From positions 38,564-102,563 of IMG/VR virus record IMGVR_UViG_3300036833_000307: a stretch of 64,000 bases of DNA; one strand, given 5' to 3'. Shown here in pieces: positions 36,101 through 45,882 of this stretch. Below the pieces are notes generated by a model. The model was not told the origin of the DNA. It ran no database searches and saw nothing but the letters and a program-made list of their open reading frames with translations. Source of the stretch: a virus (taxonomy: Duplodnaviria; Caudoviricetes). The translations under genes were made by a program, and so were the position numbers. Numbering within the stretch: the first letter of the stretch is position 1; each line of letters starts with the position of its first letter.

Positions 36101-36840
36101 TCGATCGCCATCTGATGGGGAGAACCCCACCAGAAGTTGACGGGGCGGTAGCCGGTTACGAGATTGGTGAGGGTGGTAAACTTGGTTTCCTGCGTGGAAC
36201 TCGTCTGCAGAATAGCTGACGCTTGGGGGAACCGGTTGCCGAAATGCGTCAGATCGGGATTTTCGAGCACCAGATAGGCGAGCCCATGATAGGCGGGACA
36301 GGAATTATTCGGCAGCACGTTTGACTGCACCCAGGCGACCATCGCCGGATCGGCGGACTGGGTTTCGTCGCCGACGTAGGAGCGCATGGTGAATTTGTAT
36401 TTGGTCTGCTCGTCGGGAAACAGCGCCGTCCAGTCGAAGAACAGCTTGCCATCAAGAAACAGCTTCAGGAAATCGGCCCGTCCTTCGCAAAACGCCAGCG
36501 CCGCACTCTGGGTATAGCTGTAGGTAGTTTGACCGTGACTGCGCAGCCCCTTGCCGCCACCACCAACACTGTGCTCGTGGGTCGCGATGTTGGTCTGCCA
36601 GAGCATCATCGCGGGCAGCCGCATCTTGCCCCAGATGATCGGGATCGACCGGCCATAGCTCGAATTCATCATCTGCACATCAGGCACCAGAGGCTTGTTC
36701 TTGGTGCTGTGCCCGAAGACCAGTGAACCGATGATACCGCCGGCCATGCCGCCGATGGCGGCCCCGATGGGGCCGCCAAGAAACCCGCCGATGAGATTGC
36801 CGGCCAAGCCAAAAGCGGTGGTACCGACTTGCTGGCCCAT
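33169..36840 (-). CDS. central tail tip / host-specificity protein (J-like, GTA-type)
   Basis: SSYGRSIP..WG..RL; PAY.GLAY.V; DF.L.F.PRG; L.RGRRGTEWA; W.RRTR. Confidence 0.85.
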   Translation of the reverse strand: MGQQVGTTAFGLAGNLIGGFLGGPIGAAIGGMAGGIIGSLVFGHSTKNKPLVPDVQMMNSSYGRSIPIIWGKMRLPAMMLWQTNIATHEHSVGGGGKGLRSHGQTTYSYTQSAALAFCEGRADFLKLFLDGKLFFDWTALFPDEQTKYKFTMRSYVGDETQSADPAMVAWVQSNVLPNNSCPAYHGLAYLVLENPDLTHFGNRFPQASAILQTSSTQETKFTTLTNLVTGYRPVNFWWGSPHQMAIDWVRGQLYVLMVSDTATILEWNNWGIGVYSLPSGGQIRFADSDHIWGGHPGIYPTKPYGLTCVQGGSLYVFTEGSELYADFSSYIMRIDPNTLSFDGHFIQVAVAGGGFNILTELTGFDMVTPLGQTEMLVGQLLYAGICIINPGSRSVSAVLPVGSFNPASIYLQSQFTIGHQDTISGSIDIWYVTGRMFDPDHTIHIWKGTIRGADISPLGDIGEWTELAILHPPDFGITDPQPVAWEPNFGNMFYYDADDSVIIQAMERTIKFIPGVGVVWVIGQGVGNYNPQADTSLGVLPVATFYPLQAAWYGTSQWFNINLADGEVTRSPVNYSSPPPNMTYPFFGGMEFSQSYGDYIVYQGFETQTIYIVYLLRNTDKLIKVGDIITDICGRVAVTPDMIDVTQIDSYTTTGYCVQESKSAGSAIADLLHVYQIDMVESDFKLKFVPRGQAAVVSIPQSDLASVDDKDPSQFWRVKRAQQQELPIEITVRFQDPDLDFQSGASYAKRIELPVTTAWSKRRMSIDLPVILNNTQARQVAEKWLYTMWAERDTVETVLPWKYLFLDPADNITVLLDSGDINVIRIEEQNIGADFSIHVNAAFEDLSVYIPAPHLQGAITGFQSQTVQQAPFGELLQWNTPLLRDEDDTGGISTRIYYAVGAYSAGWITGELWRSTDNSATWQDFVGLPRAASWGYALTELEDTPSQFATDIANTVTVRILTGSTPLSCTYDQMLSGANGALLGSEVIQYQTVSLNADGSLTLSNILRGRRGTEWACATHTMGDLFILLELGNISGYTLSLPEIGVQELWKLVPSGRVIDQAPTDAFTYRGYDLMPYAPVNAKRQLSGGSNLLLSWTRRTRLGGLLVDGSDTAPTYETTEAYEVYLLHSKADVPGFNPGNPASYMRAFTGLTTASVLYTAAMMATDAWDPSQTLHAVIYQLSGVVGRGFPGYHELPPALVGITVGLESGGGDWSALGGSWLWG

Positions 36841-36842
36841 GG

Positions 36843-37271
36843 CTAGTCTTCCATCTCGGGAAAGGCAAACGCCTCGATCAGCCGAAACGGGGCTTTCACC
36901 ACGTCGGGATTATAGACCTCCTCGGCCACGCCGCAGTCGATCCTGGTATGCAACACGTGCTGCCGATAGTCTTTCATGGTGAAGAAGCCGATATGGCAGG
37001 GCAGCCGCGTCATGGCGAACACGCCGATGCAGCCGGTCAGGTTGCCGGCGCGCGGCATCGGCTTGAGATATTTGCGCAGCAGGTTGAGCACCAGACGGTT
37101 CGGATGCGGCTGGGCGGCATAATCCGGCACATCGACGTAATGCACGCCGAAATGGTCAGCGACCACACAGCCCAGACCCAGGCAGTCGAGACCGGCGCGG
37201 GTGCGCCCGCGATGGCGGAACGGCACAAAAAGATATTGGCGCGCCTCTTCGATGATCTCGTCGCGGGTCAT
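36843..37271 (-). CDS. NlpC/P60 tail-tip peptidase
   Basis: start MTRDEIIEEAR; PFRHRGR...GLDCLG...HIG. Confidence 0.85.
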   Translation of the reverse strand: MTRDEIIEEARQYLFVPFRHRGRTRAGLDCLGLGCVVADHFGVHYVDVPDYAAQPHPNRLVLNLLRKYLKPMPRAGNLTGCIGVFAMTRLPCHIGFFTMKDYRQHVLHTRIDCGVAEEVYNPDVVKAPFRLIEAFAFPEMED

Positions 37272-37272
37272 G

Positions 37273-38631
37273 CTATCCGGCGTCCGGGTAGGTGAGCATT
37301 CGGTCGATGCCCGGCATGTCGGGCTCGGCGCGGAAATTGACGATGTTGTTGTACTTCCTGACACAGGTATCGCGCCGTTTGTCGCAGCCCGGATGGTAAA
37401 AGAACCGATCGCCGACGGTGACCGCCATCCGGATCCCGAGATAGGTGGTCACCACGTCGGAACTGGTGTTGTAGGTCTTGAGCTCGACTGAAACACCGGC
37501 ATTGAAGCCGGTATCCCAGGTGATGACGCCGCCATCGAGGAAGGTGTCGCCGAAATTATCGATGATGAGGCCGCCGAGAATGTCGCCGGTTTTGGTGATG
37601 CTGCCCGGCTTCCCGGTGTGGATCTCGATCTGCAGTGTCGTCGAATTGGCAGGGCCGATCTGCGTGATCGTGGCATTGAGGCCGGAACTATGCAGGCCGT
37701 TCCAGATGGCATTGAACGCGTCCTGGGTTTTGTAGTCATAAGCAAAACTCCAGGTCCAGGTGTTGACGCCATCGCTGACTTCCAGAGCCGAGCCAGCGGA
37801 GACGTCTTTGAACACCAGGATCTGCCCGATCGTGCCAGTGAGAGTTTCTGCTGAGGCGGGAAAAGCCAGTGGTGTCGATTGGAAATTATGCTGATCGATC
37901 GGCGCCACCACATAGGCAATCAGCCGATATGGCGTCTTCGAGACCCACACGATGTCGTTGTCATAGGTGTTGGTACCCCACGCCGGCGACCAGATCGGCT
38001 CGGTCGCCCAGGTCGTGCCACCGTTCTTCGCCTGATAGATGGCGGTCTTCAGGTCATCGGTAGAGGCGGTTAACTGTCGGACATACTGGCCGTTTCCCAC
38101 CGTCCAGCCGGGTTGCCAAAGCGGCGGCAGGATCGGGATCTTGCAATTCATATCTCCGAGGTCATTGCGACAGAGCGGGGAATAGAAATTGCCGAATTCC
38201 TGCACCAGCGCTTGGTTGATGCCCCTGAGTTCGGCGGCGAACGCACCGTTTGGCACAGCCACCGTCTCGCCCAGCCAGCCACGGCGCAGGTTGAGTTGGC
38301 CCTGGGTCAGATCACCCCAGTTGACCAGGAACAAAAATACGCTGGCGTAGTCATACAGTCCGTTCTTGACGTCGGCCTCGTGGATGCCGTCAGGGGAAAA
38401 GAAGCCGAGCACCTGCAGGTTGTCGACCTGCCCGGTGGTGCCGGACTGGACGGCGGTCTGCGAAAACCCGGAGACCGACTGGTAGCGCACGCCGAGCACG
38501 TTGAGGTCGCGGTCGAAAGTCGTGAAGCCGACGGTAAAGCCGTTGAGAGCGACGATGCGCCAGCAGGTGGCGAGCGTGGTCACCGCCTGGGCGAGATGGC
38601 CTTTGAGCGCCACGGAGATGTTCTTCGGCAT
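37273..38631 (-). CDS. DUF2163 / BR0599-type tail hub protein
   Basis: TTLATCW.I...GFT..DRDL; CR.DLGD..C; GCDK...TC..KY.N..NFRAEP.MPG. Confidence 0.9.
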   Translation of the reverse strand: MPKNISVALKGHLAQAVTTLATCWRIVALNGFTVGFTTFDRDLNVLGVRYQSVSGFSQTAVQSGTTGQVDNLQVLGFFSPDGIHEADVKNGLYDYASVFLFLVNWGDLTQGQLNLRRGWLGETVAVPNGAFAAELRGINQALVQEFGNFYSPLCRNDLGDMNCKIPILPPLWQPGWTVGNGQYVRQLTASTDDLKTAIYQAKNGGTTWATEPIWSPAWGTNTYDNDIVWVSKTPYRLIAYVVAPIDQHNFQSTPLAFPASAETLTGTIGQILVFKDVSAGSALEVSDGVNTWTWSFAYDYKTQDAFNAIWNGLHSSGLNATITQIGPANSTTLQIEIHTGKPGSITKTGDILGGLIIDNFGDTFLDGGVITWDTGFNAGVSVELKTYNTSSDVVTTYLGIRMAVTVGDRFFYHPGCDKRRDTCVRKYNNIVNFRAEPDMPGIDRMLTYPDAG

Positions 38632-39149
38632 CAGGTGACCTCCAGACTGGCAAGATGGCTTTGCCGGGCTTTCCAGCCGTTTTCGCCAGTTCTGTTAGCT
38701 TCAAGAATGATTTTTGAGATACCGCCTTGGCTTAAGTGAAACTGCTTGGCCAGATCCCTCTGTGAATAGCACCCAGTCGCGTAAAGTCTGACGATACGTT
38801 TCCGGGTGGCTGGCGTGGTGGTTCTCTGGAATAGGGTTGCGACGGGAGCGCGCCCACGGTTCCACATGTCGCGCATATTTTGAGCCTGGGTGCCGGCGTA
38901 GATGTGATCCGGGTTGACGCAACGCGGATTGTCGCACGTGTGATTGGCCTGTTCACCTTTCCGCAGTTTTCGTTGGTGAATTTCAAAGGAAATGTGGTTG
39001 ACGCGCAGATGTCGATCACCCCCATTGGAGCGGTCGTGGATTACCGGATACCCCATGACATGCGATCCTGTCCACGTCCAGCAGTCATCGCGATGAACTC
39101 CTTTAGTGACATGGTTCCAGAACCAGGATTTCTTCTTGGCTAGTCTCAT
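38631..39149 (-). CDS. HNH homing endonuclease
   Basis: CWTWTG...HTCDNPRCVNPDH...GT..QN..DM; C-terminal HTH. Confidence 0.9.
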   Translation of the reverse strand: MRLAKKKSWFWNHVTKGVHRDDCWTWTGSHVMGYPVIHDRSNGGDRHLRVNHISFEIHQRKLRKGEQANHTCDNPRCVNPDHIYAGTQAQNMRDMWNRGRAPVATLFQRTTTPATRKRIVRLYATGCYSQRDLAKQFHLSQGGISKIILEANRTGENGWKARQSHLASLEVT

Positions 39150-39799
39150 GTAATTTCTCGTATTTCTACCACACTTACACTATCCCACGAGTAAATCTCC
39201 GTCGTCGTTATTGTCGCCTGCATTTCGTCGGTATCGAACCGACAGGGCACATCGAACTCGCATGCGAGGCCGATCTGCGTGCCTGTCGTGCTGTAGACCG
39301 AGGAGGCCAGCGTGACGATGCCCGTCGTGGTATCGACCGCCCACAGCGGCGGCATGATCTGCACGCCGTTTTGCAGCACCACCACCGAGCCGGCGACCGG
39401 CTTCTGGATCATGCGCAGATAGCCGCGGTTTACGTCGCCGTAAAACTTAGTGATCTGGAACGAAGGGGTGTGGCCGTCGGTGGTGAACATCACCGGGATT
39501 GGAAACAGATCGCCAGGCGCGTATTCCCAGCGCGGCACCCGGTAATCGATCCAGTCCTTGAAGCGAAAGCCGTAGGCGCGACCGTAGCGGGCGGCGAAGA
39601 AATCGATCAACTGCTCGATCTGGGTCTGGGTTTTCAGCCCATGCTTGACGTCCCATTTGCCGCGCGAGTTTCCCCAGTTGACGTTGCGGTGCTCGCTGCC
39701 GGAAGAGAGCGAGATAACGGTGGTGGAAAACCGCATGCCACCGACCGCGCCCTGGCTGATCGATGCCGGAAACTGCACCTCATCGAAGCTGACGCCCAT
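39146..39799 (-). CDS. DUF2460 distal tail protein
   Basis: FDEVQFP..IS.GA.GG..FST...SG.E.RN..W; FF.AR.GRAYGFRFKDW.DY; FDVPCRFDTD. Confidence 0.92.
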   Translation of the reverse strand: MGVSFDEVQFPASISQGAVGGMRFSTTVISLSSGSEHRNVNWGNSRGKWDVKHGLKTQTQIEQLIDFFAARYGRAYGFRFKDWIDYRVPRWEYAPGDLFPIPVMFTTDGHTPSFQITKFYGDVNRGYLRMIQKPVAGSVVVLQNGVQIMPPLWAVDTTTGIVTLASSVYSTTGTQIGLACEFDVPCRFDTDEMQATITTTEIYSWDSVSVVEIREIT

Positions 39800-39810
39800 A
39801 CGACTGGTCT

Positions 39811-42800
39811 CTACTGATTATTACGTTGCCTGGCTTTGACGATGCTGAGGTTCACCGATGCTTCGATCTGGTTGCGGCTGCGCATGAAGCTGTCGGCGTT
39901 CGGCGTGTTGATGTTCCAGGTATGGTAGTGATTGTCGCCACTGCTGCCGCCGAAACTGCCTGCCGCCACGCCGAGACGCCCCGAGCCGTCGCGCTTCAGC
40001 GGCAGGATGGCCTCACCGCCCGCCTCGCCGGCGAGGCCGGTGCGGCCGCCCTGGGCGAAGCGGAATACGGTCGGAGCCTCGACGACGGTGTTGCGCAAGG
40101 CGGCGAGACCGCCGCGGGAGATGCCGCCCAGGGCATAGATGCCGCTGCTGGTAACGTCACTGGCACTGCCGATATCGGCACCGCCAGTATCCCAACTGCC
40201 GCCGGTGCTGACGCCGGTATCCAAAGGAAGATCGACGCTAGGGAGACCGCCGGTGAGCGAAATCGGGCCACCGGTGTCGCCGCCGCCTCCGCTACCCGGC
40301 CCCCAGAGGCCGAGGCTGCGGCCGGCCATGCCGATCAGGCCGCCTTGCTGGTAAGCGCCTTGACCGAGGATCTGATCGGTCATCCAACCGGTGAAACCAC
40401 CGGCATGGCCGAAGATCTGGGAGAACAAACCGCCACCACCGTCACCACCGGCGCCACCACCACCGGCGCCGCCACCGCCGACGCCACCACCACCGCGGCC
40501 GCCGCCGCCGCCAGTTTGGCCGACGGCTTTAAGGACGCTCATCAAGCTGGAAAAGATGTTGATGTTACCGCCTGGGCCAGCACCAACGCTGGCGCCGCGC
40601 ACGGCCGGGAAGAGGTTGCCTATGAGGCCAAGGCCCTGGATGCCGGTATCGAGCGCACTGCCGGTATAAGCAGCGGATACCCGCGGGCCGCCACCGAGCG
40701 AAATCGGGGTACCGGTGTCGCCGCTGCCGGGGACGTCCCAACGGGTTCCATCGCCGCCGCCGTCCCCGCCGTAGCTGACGTAGTTGGTGGTCGCATCGCC
40801 GGCGCCCATGCCGCTGGTGTTCCAGAAGCCACTGAGGTCTGGTTGGTCGGTGGGATACGTGATGAGGTTGGTCGACGCTGCACCGGTAGCCGGCTGCATG
40901 GTTTGGCCAGACTTGAGCGGAGCGTTGGGATCGGCCGTCCACCCGACCAGGTTGCCGCCGGTGTCGAAGATGTTGAAGCCGCTGCCGCCGCCGGTTTTGA
41001 TGTCGGCCGGCGCCGGTGCGGTACGCAAACCGCCGGGCGTCCCGCCGCCGCCCGTGACGATGGGAGCGCCGCCACCACCGCCCGTAGTGACGGGAGCGCC
41101 GCCGCCACCGACATCCCAGGTATCACCGCCATCAGTCGTGCCCGCGGGTCCGGCGATGACTTGGCCGTTGGCGGTGACGGTGGCACCTGGAAATCTGTTA
41201 GCGATCGCCTGGCCGCCCTGCCGTGCCAGCGCATCGGCCAGGGCTTTGTCGTTAGTGGCTCCCGCCGCTCCCGTAGTCGCGGCCGCGTTGGTGTTGCCTA
41301 CGCCAGCGCCGCCGAGACTGACCGGCCAGTTGACGACGTAGACCGGTGTTGCGTTGGCCATGAGTGCGGTGTTGAGCGCACCCGCTATACCACCCGCCGA
41401 TTGATCGGCCAGGGTCCCGGTCCCGCCAGCACCCGCCGCCTGGCCGATGGCGTTGCCGCCATCCTGGCCAGTGCCGGTCGGCTGGTTGCGGCCGAACAGC
41501 CAGTGCCAGCCGCGGCTGACCAGGTCTTCACCTTGCGGCGCGCCACCGCCACCACCACCGCCGCCTTCGTTGGCCATCAACCGCTGGGCGATACCGAACA
41601 CCGTCTTATCGGTCGCCCCGCCGCTTGTTCCCGTTGGTTCGCCGCCGAACAGGTCGGTGAACAGGCCGCTCATCATGCGTTCGAACGGCTTGATGACGAA
41701 GGTGCGCAGCGCGATCGTTTGCAATGAAGCGGCCAGGTTGTGCACCGCCTGGCCGGCGGTCTCCGAGCGGTTGACGACCGCCGTGAAGGCCTCCTCGATG
41801 GCATCGCCGGTTGACTGCGCCGCCTGGCGCAACTCGCCCATCGCCTGGGTCTGCTTGTCGATCGCGTCGGCCGCTTCGGTGGTGGCGATCCGCTGCTGAC
41901 CCGCCTGGGTTTGCTCGAGGCCGGGATGGGCAGCGAATTCCTGTGCGACGCCCATCCAGCGCTGGGTGCGGCGGATGTCGAGGTCGGATGCAAACGGTCC
42001 CAGCGCGTTGACCGCCATCTGCTGCTGGTTCTGCAGCGATTGCCGGTAGGCCTCAGAGGCGGCCTGTGCCTGTGCCTGCGCCTGGGCGTTCTGCACGATC
42101 GCCTGGCCGAGTTGCTGATACTTCTCGATCGCCTTGTCGATGTCGGCCGCTTCTTGCGCCGTCGCCGTCTGGCGCTTGATCATCAGGCTCTCGATCTCGG
42201 TGGCGATCGGCGCGAGCTCGCCGGCGAGCTGTGCCGCCTGCGGACCGAACTGCGCAGCGTGGGCAGAGGCCTGGACCGCCGCGGTCTGCTTCTGCAAGGC
42301 CTGGGTCTGTTGTGAAAGCTCCTCGGTTTCCTTGGCCAGGTTCTCGCGGAAATGCTGGCTCGCGAGCGCTGCTTCATTGGCGACGCCGCCACCATATTTC
42401 AGCGCATCGGCGTGGGCTTGGGCAGCCGCGGTCGCCTCGCGTGTCCTGGCGATCTGTTCGGCAAGTGTGCCGGTGTAGGCCTGCTGGGCCTGTTGCGAAC
42501 GCCGGATTGCTTCTTCCCGTGCGGCGATATCGCCGGCCGCTTGTTCGGTCTGACCACCGATAACCCGCCGTACTTCCTGTTGTTGGCGCTGGGCCCATTC
42601 CTCATCGGTCATCCCGGTGGGGCGGGTTACGATGCGTGCGGCTGCGCCCGTACCGGCACCACCGGCCAGCAAGCGAACCCGGGCCCCTGAGGCCTGCAGT
42701 TCGCGATCGATCTGTTCGCGCATTTCCTGCGTCGTGCGGGCGATCCCGGTCGCGCGGTGAGCCCGGACCTGGTCGGCGGCCTGGTTGATGGCGTCGATAT

Positions 42801-45800
42801 CGGCGTTGGACAGGCCATAGGCGCCTTGCGGCAGATGCTCGCCACGCTCGATGAGGCGGCGGATGTCGTCATTGCTGAGAGTGAAACCACCAGGCGCCTG
42901 CGGCCCAGTGGCTGGCGTGGTGAAGCTTGGCTGACCCGGCTCGCCGGCCCGCCCGGCGATCTGGCCGAGCGTCATGCCCGGCGTGGCGCCCGGATAGGCG
43001 CTGAGCACCGCCTGGCGAGTACCCGGCGCCCAACGGCTGAGCGGGATGACCGCAGCGACGCGGGCTTGCACGGCAGGCGGGGCACCCAGCGCAGTTGGAT
43101 ACTGCCTGAGCTCCACGCCAGCCTGGGGCGCGAACTCACGCCAGGTCGGCGGTTCGATCTGGAAGTAGCCCTCGGCCGGGCCGCCGCGTTGCGGAATGTC
43201 GCGACCGAACCCGGGGCGACCGCCGCTTTCGGCACCAGCAACGACGCCGAAAACACCACTGATCCTGGCTTCGCCACCACCCGGAGCTTGCAGAATAGGC
43301 TGGATCAGCCGTTGGAACTCGTCGGCGGCCTGCCGGAAGGCCTCGCCGATGTTCATGTCGGTGATGGTGCGGTTGGTGTCCTCCATGATCTGGCGCGTCT
43401 GTTCCAGCACCTGAGTGATGGCGCGCTGGGCATCGAGTTCCTTCATCAAGGCATCGAGCCGCTGCTGCTCGGCCTGCACCGTCGCCAGCGCCTGGGTGGC
43501 GACGTCGTGCTCTTTTCTTGCCTGGTCATCGGTGGCGTTGGCGGTCGCTTCCATCGCCGCTTGGGCTTTGCCGGCAGCATCGGCCAACTTCTGTTCAGCA
43601 TCGGCGCGTTCGGCTGCCTGCTGACCGGTAAACCCGCCGCGCATCAGTTCGGCGGCACGCGCGCTGGTCTGCGTCGCAGTCACAATGCCGGTCGCCTGGC
43701 CGGCAGCAGCTTCGGCGCCAGCGCCGGCTTGCTGCACCAAGAGGCTGCGGCGATATTCCTCGATGGTCTGCTGCGCCTGACGCCGCTCGGGCTCCGATAG
43801 CGTGACATTCTGGAAGCCGGTGATCATGCCGGCGGCATTGCGGACCGGGGCGCGACCACCTGCAGGGTCCTGAAGCTGGCCGGCAAAGATCGCCCGCTGG
43901 ATTTGCGCATCGACGCCGGACGCGGCCATGTAGGCGGCGCGTGTCACCGGATCGGCGGTGGCGTAGCGCGACGCATCGGCAGCACGCTGAACAGCGACGA
44001 CGTTTTCCTGCTGTTGCTGACGTACCAGCGCCTGGCCCTGCGTGATGCGCTGCGCCATCGCGACAGTGACCGCATCCTCGGCCGCGGCATTGGCGCGCGC
44101 CGTGTCCGCACCACGCCCTTGGGCGTCATAGAAGGCGAGGAAAGCGCGGTTGGCGTCTTCAGCCGCGGCACGCGAGCGGCCCATCGCCTCGCGCAGCTCA
44201 TCCTGCGAAGCAATTATTCGCTGGGTCTGCTCGATATCCTGTTGGCGCAGTCCTAGCTGGCGTTCCTGGAACAGCGCCTGGCCCGGTTCGCCTCTGGGGC
44301 CGAGCTCTTGGAACGCGGCACCAGCGCCGGCACCAACGCCCGGGACGAATTCATTTCCGGTGACGGTGCGGTAAAATTCGGCGCCGAATTGCGCGCGCGC
44401 CCGGTCCCCGGGTGCCAGGCCGAGCAGGTAGCGCTGGAACGCTGCCTGGCGCTGCGCCGGCGCTTCCGGCCGTCTCAGGTCCTCGAGTTCGCGTTGCCGC
44501 CGTAGTTGCGCGTAGCCGAACTGGCTAGCGCCCTCACCGGGCGCGAACCCTTCACCGGTGTAAGCCCGGTTGTAAATGTCCAGAAGCTTGGTCGGATCGG
44601 CGCCCAGCACGTCCTGGAGCCGAACGATATTTTGTACCCGGGTCTCGCCGAGATTAGTGGCGAGCGCTTCACCAGCCGCCCGTTGGCGTTCACGCAGTTC
44701 TTCCGGCCTGAGCGCTGTCTGAAGTTCCTCCGGCTTCAGCGCCTGATACCGACCGACAAAATTCGCCCAGGAGCGCTTGACGTCAGTGATGTAAGCTTGG
44801 ATGCGCCCGACGTCGTCGATGTCCTTGGAGAACCGCGCCTCGATTTCCGCTTGGTTGGATGTGTACGCGCCCGTCGAGAAGTTGCGGAAGGCTCTGACGA
44901 GATCGCTTCGTTCAAGTCCCTGACGAACGATTTCGCCGGGCCGTTCATAGCGCTGGCGCTCGGCTTCCGGGCGTTGCTCGATCGCGCGATACTGTTGCAG
45001 CAGTTGCGTGTTGGGCGTGAACAGGTTGGCGAAGAAGTCGGAGATCCCGGCGCGACCGAGAGGACCACCAAAGCGGGTGAAGCGTGCTGTCAGATCGGCA
45101 AGTTCGTCCTGGCGCTGCTGACGTTCGAACGTCATCCGCTGGATGCCGACCTGCTGCTGGTCGATCTGCGCGCGGACGTTGGCCTGGCGGTTTTGTTCCT
45201 GCTGCTGCCAAAACGGGATGTACGGTTGGCGAACGAGTTGCTGGGTGTCCTGCGCGGTGAAGGCCGGACCCATCACCCGCTGGGCCATTTGCAGCTGCAG
45301 CGTCGGATCCTGGATCTGGCGTAGCGTTTCCTGGATCCGCTGCAGCACGAGGTTGGGCTGGTTGGGCGAGATGCCAGACATGCTGACGCCCATCGCGCTC
45401 AGCATGATGTTGGCATTGAGCCCGGCGCTGGTCTGGCCCTTCAGCGCGTCGGTGATGCGGTTGAGACCGGTCGCCAGATCCTGCGCGGTGATGTTGAGCT
45501 GGCGTGCTTTGCTGATGAACCGGTCGATACCTTCGACGGAGGTGTTCAGCTGTGCGGCGACGGCCTGCGCCTCGTTCAGCATCCGCGCGTAGCCGGAGAA
45601 CAGATTGCCGCCGGATGCGGAGGTGACCGCGCTGCGCAGTTGGTTCAGTTGGCTGACGAGGCCGGCGAGCGTGCCACCGTAGTTGCGTGTCTGATCGGCC
45701 AGCCGCGACATCTCCGCGACTTGCTGAGCGTACGATGTCGTCAGCTGCGCATTGATCTGCTGCAGTTGGGTCGAGGAGGCGACCGCGGCCTGCGCCTGCG

Positions 45801-45882
45801 CGACCAGGGTCTGCAGCACGGAGACGGCGCGTTGCGCGGAGGTGCTGTCGACATCGAACGACAGCGGAGCGCGATCGCTCAT
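39811..45882 (-). CDS. tail tape measure protein with internal transglycosylase-like domain
   Basis: 2023 aa, Ala/Gln-rich helical; C-terminal GLAGEAGGEAILPLKR..SGRLGV; follows the chaperone genes. Confidence 0.9.
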   Translation of the reverse strand: MSDRAPLSFDVDSTSAQRAVSVLQTLVAQAQAAVASSTQLQQINAQLTTSYAQQVAEMSRLADQTRNYGGTLAGLVSQLNQLRSAVTSASGGNLFSGYARMLNEAQAVAAQLNTSVEGIDRFISKARQLNITAQDLATGLNRITDALKGQTSAGLNANIMLSAMGVSMSGISPNQPNLVLQRIQETLRQIQDPTLQLQMAQRVMGPAFTAQDTQQLVRQPYIPFWQQQEQNRQANVRAQIDQQQVGIQRMTFERQQRQDELADLTARFTRFGGPLGRAGISDFFANLFTPNTQLLQQYRAIEQRPEAERQRYERPGEIVRQGLERSDLVRAFRNFSTGAYTSNQAEIEARFSKDIDDVGRIQAYITDVKRSWANFVGRYQALKPEELQTALRPEELRERQRAAGEALATNLGETRVQNIVRLQDVLGADPTKLLDIYNRAYTGEGFAPGEGASQFGYAQLRRQRELEDLRRPEAPAQRQAAFQRYLLGLAPGDRARAQFGAEFYRTVTGNEFVPGVGAGAGAAFQELGPRGEPGQALFQERQLGLRQQDIEQTQRIIASQDELREAMGRSRAAAEDANRAFLAFYDAQGRGADTARANAAAEDAVTVAMAQRITQGQALVRQQQQENVVAVQRAADASRYATADPVTRAAYMAASGVDAQIQRAIFAGQLQDPAGGRAPVRNAAGMITGFQNVTLSEPERRQAQQTIEEYRRSLLVQQAGAGAEAAAGQATGIVTATQTSARAAELMRGGFTGQQAAERADAEQKLADAAGKAQAAMEATANATDDQARKEHDVATQALATVQAEQQRLDALMKELDAQRAITQVLEQTRQIMEDTNRTITDMNIGEAFRQAADEFQRLIQPILQAPGGGEARISGVFGVVAGAESGGRPGFGRDIPQRGGPAEGYFQIEPPTWREFAPQAGVELRQYPTALGAPPAVQARVAAVIPLSRWAPGTRQAVLSAYPGATPGMTLGQIAGRAGEPGQPSFTTPATGPQAPGGFTLSNDDIRRLIERGEHLPQGAYGLSNADIDAINQAADQVRAHRATGIARTTQEMREQIDRELQASGARVRLLAGGAGTGAAARIVTRPTGMTDEEWAQRQQQEVRRVIGGQTEQAAGDIAAREEAIRRSQQAQQAYTGTLAEQIARTREATAAAQAHADALKYGGGVANEAALASQHFRENLAKETEELSQQTQALQKQTAAVQASAHAAQFGPQAAQLAGELAPIATEIESLMIKRQTATAQEAADIDKAIEKYQQLGQAIVQNAQAQAQAQAASEAYRQSLQNQQQMAVNALGPFASDLDIRRTQRWMGVAQEFAAHPGLEQTQAGQQRIATTEAADAIDKQTQAMGELRQAAQSTGDAIEEAFTAVVNRSETAGQAVHNLAASLQTIALRTFVIKPFERMMSGLFTDLFGGEPTGTSGGATDKTVFGIAQRLMANEGGGGGGGGAPQGEDLVSRGWHWLFGRNQPTGTGQDGGNAIGQAAGAGGTGTLADQSAGGIAGALNTALMANATPVYVVNWPVSLGGAGVGNTNAAATTGAAGATNDKALADALARQGGQAIANRFPGATVTANGQVIAGPAGTTDGGDTWDVGGGGAPVTTGGGGGAPIVTGGGGTPGGLRTAPAPADIKTGGGSGFNIFDTGGNLVGWTADPNAPLKSGQTMQPATGAASTNLITYPTDQPDLSGFWNTSGMGAGDATTNYVSYGGDGGGDGTRWDVPGSGDTGTPISLGGGPRVSAAYTGSALDTGIQGLGLIGNLFPAVRGASVGAGPGGNINIFSSLMSVLKAVGQTGGGGGRGGGGVGGGGAGGGGAGGDGGGGLFSQIFGHAGGFTGWMTDQILGQGAYQQGGLIGMAGRSLGLWGPGSGGGGDTGGPISLTGGLPSVDLPLDTGVSTGGSWDTGGADIGSASDVTSSGIYALGGISRGGLAALRNTVVEAPTVFRFAQGGRTGLAGEAGGEAILPLKRDGSGRLGVAAGSFGGSSGDNHYHTWNINTPNADSFMRSRNQIEASVNLSIVKARQRNNQ

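Noticed and set aside
39826-45324. Long plus-strand ORFs opposite structural genes
   Set aside because: Shadow ORFs typical of high-GC coding DNA, with no motifs or RBS.
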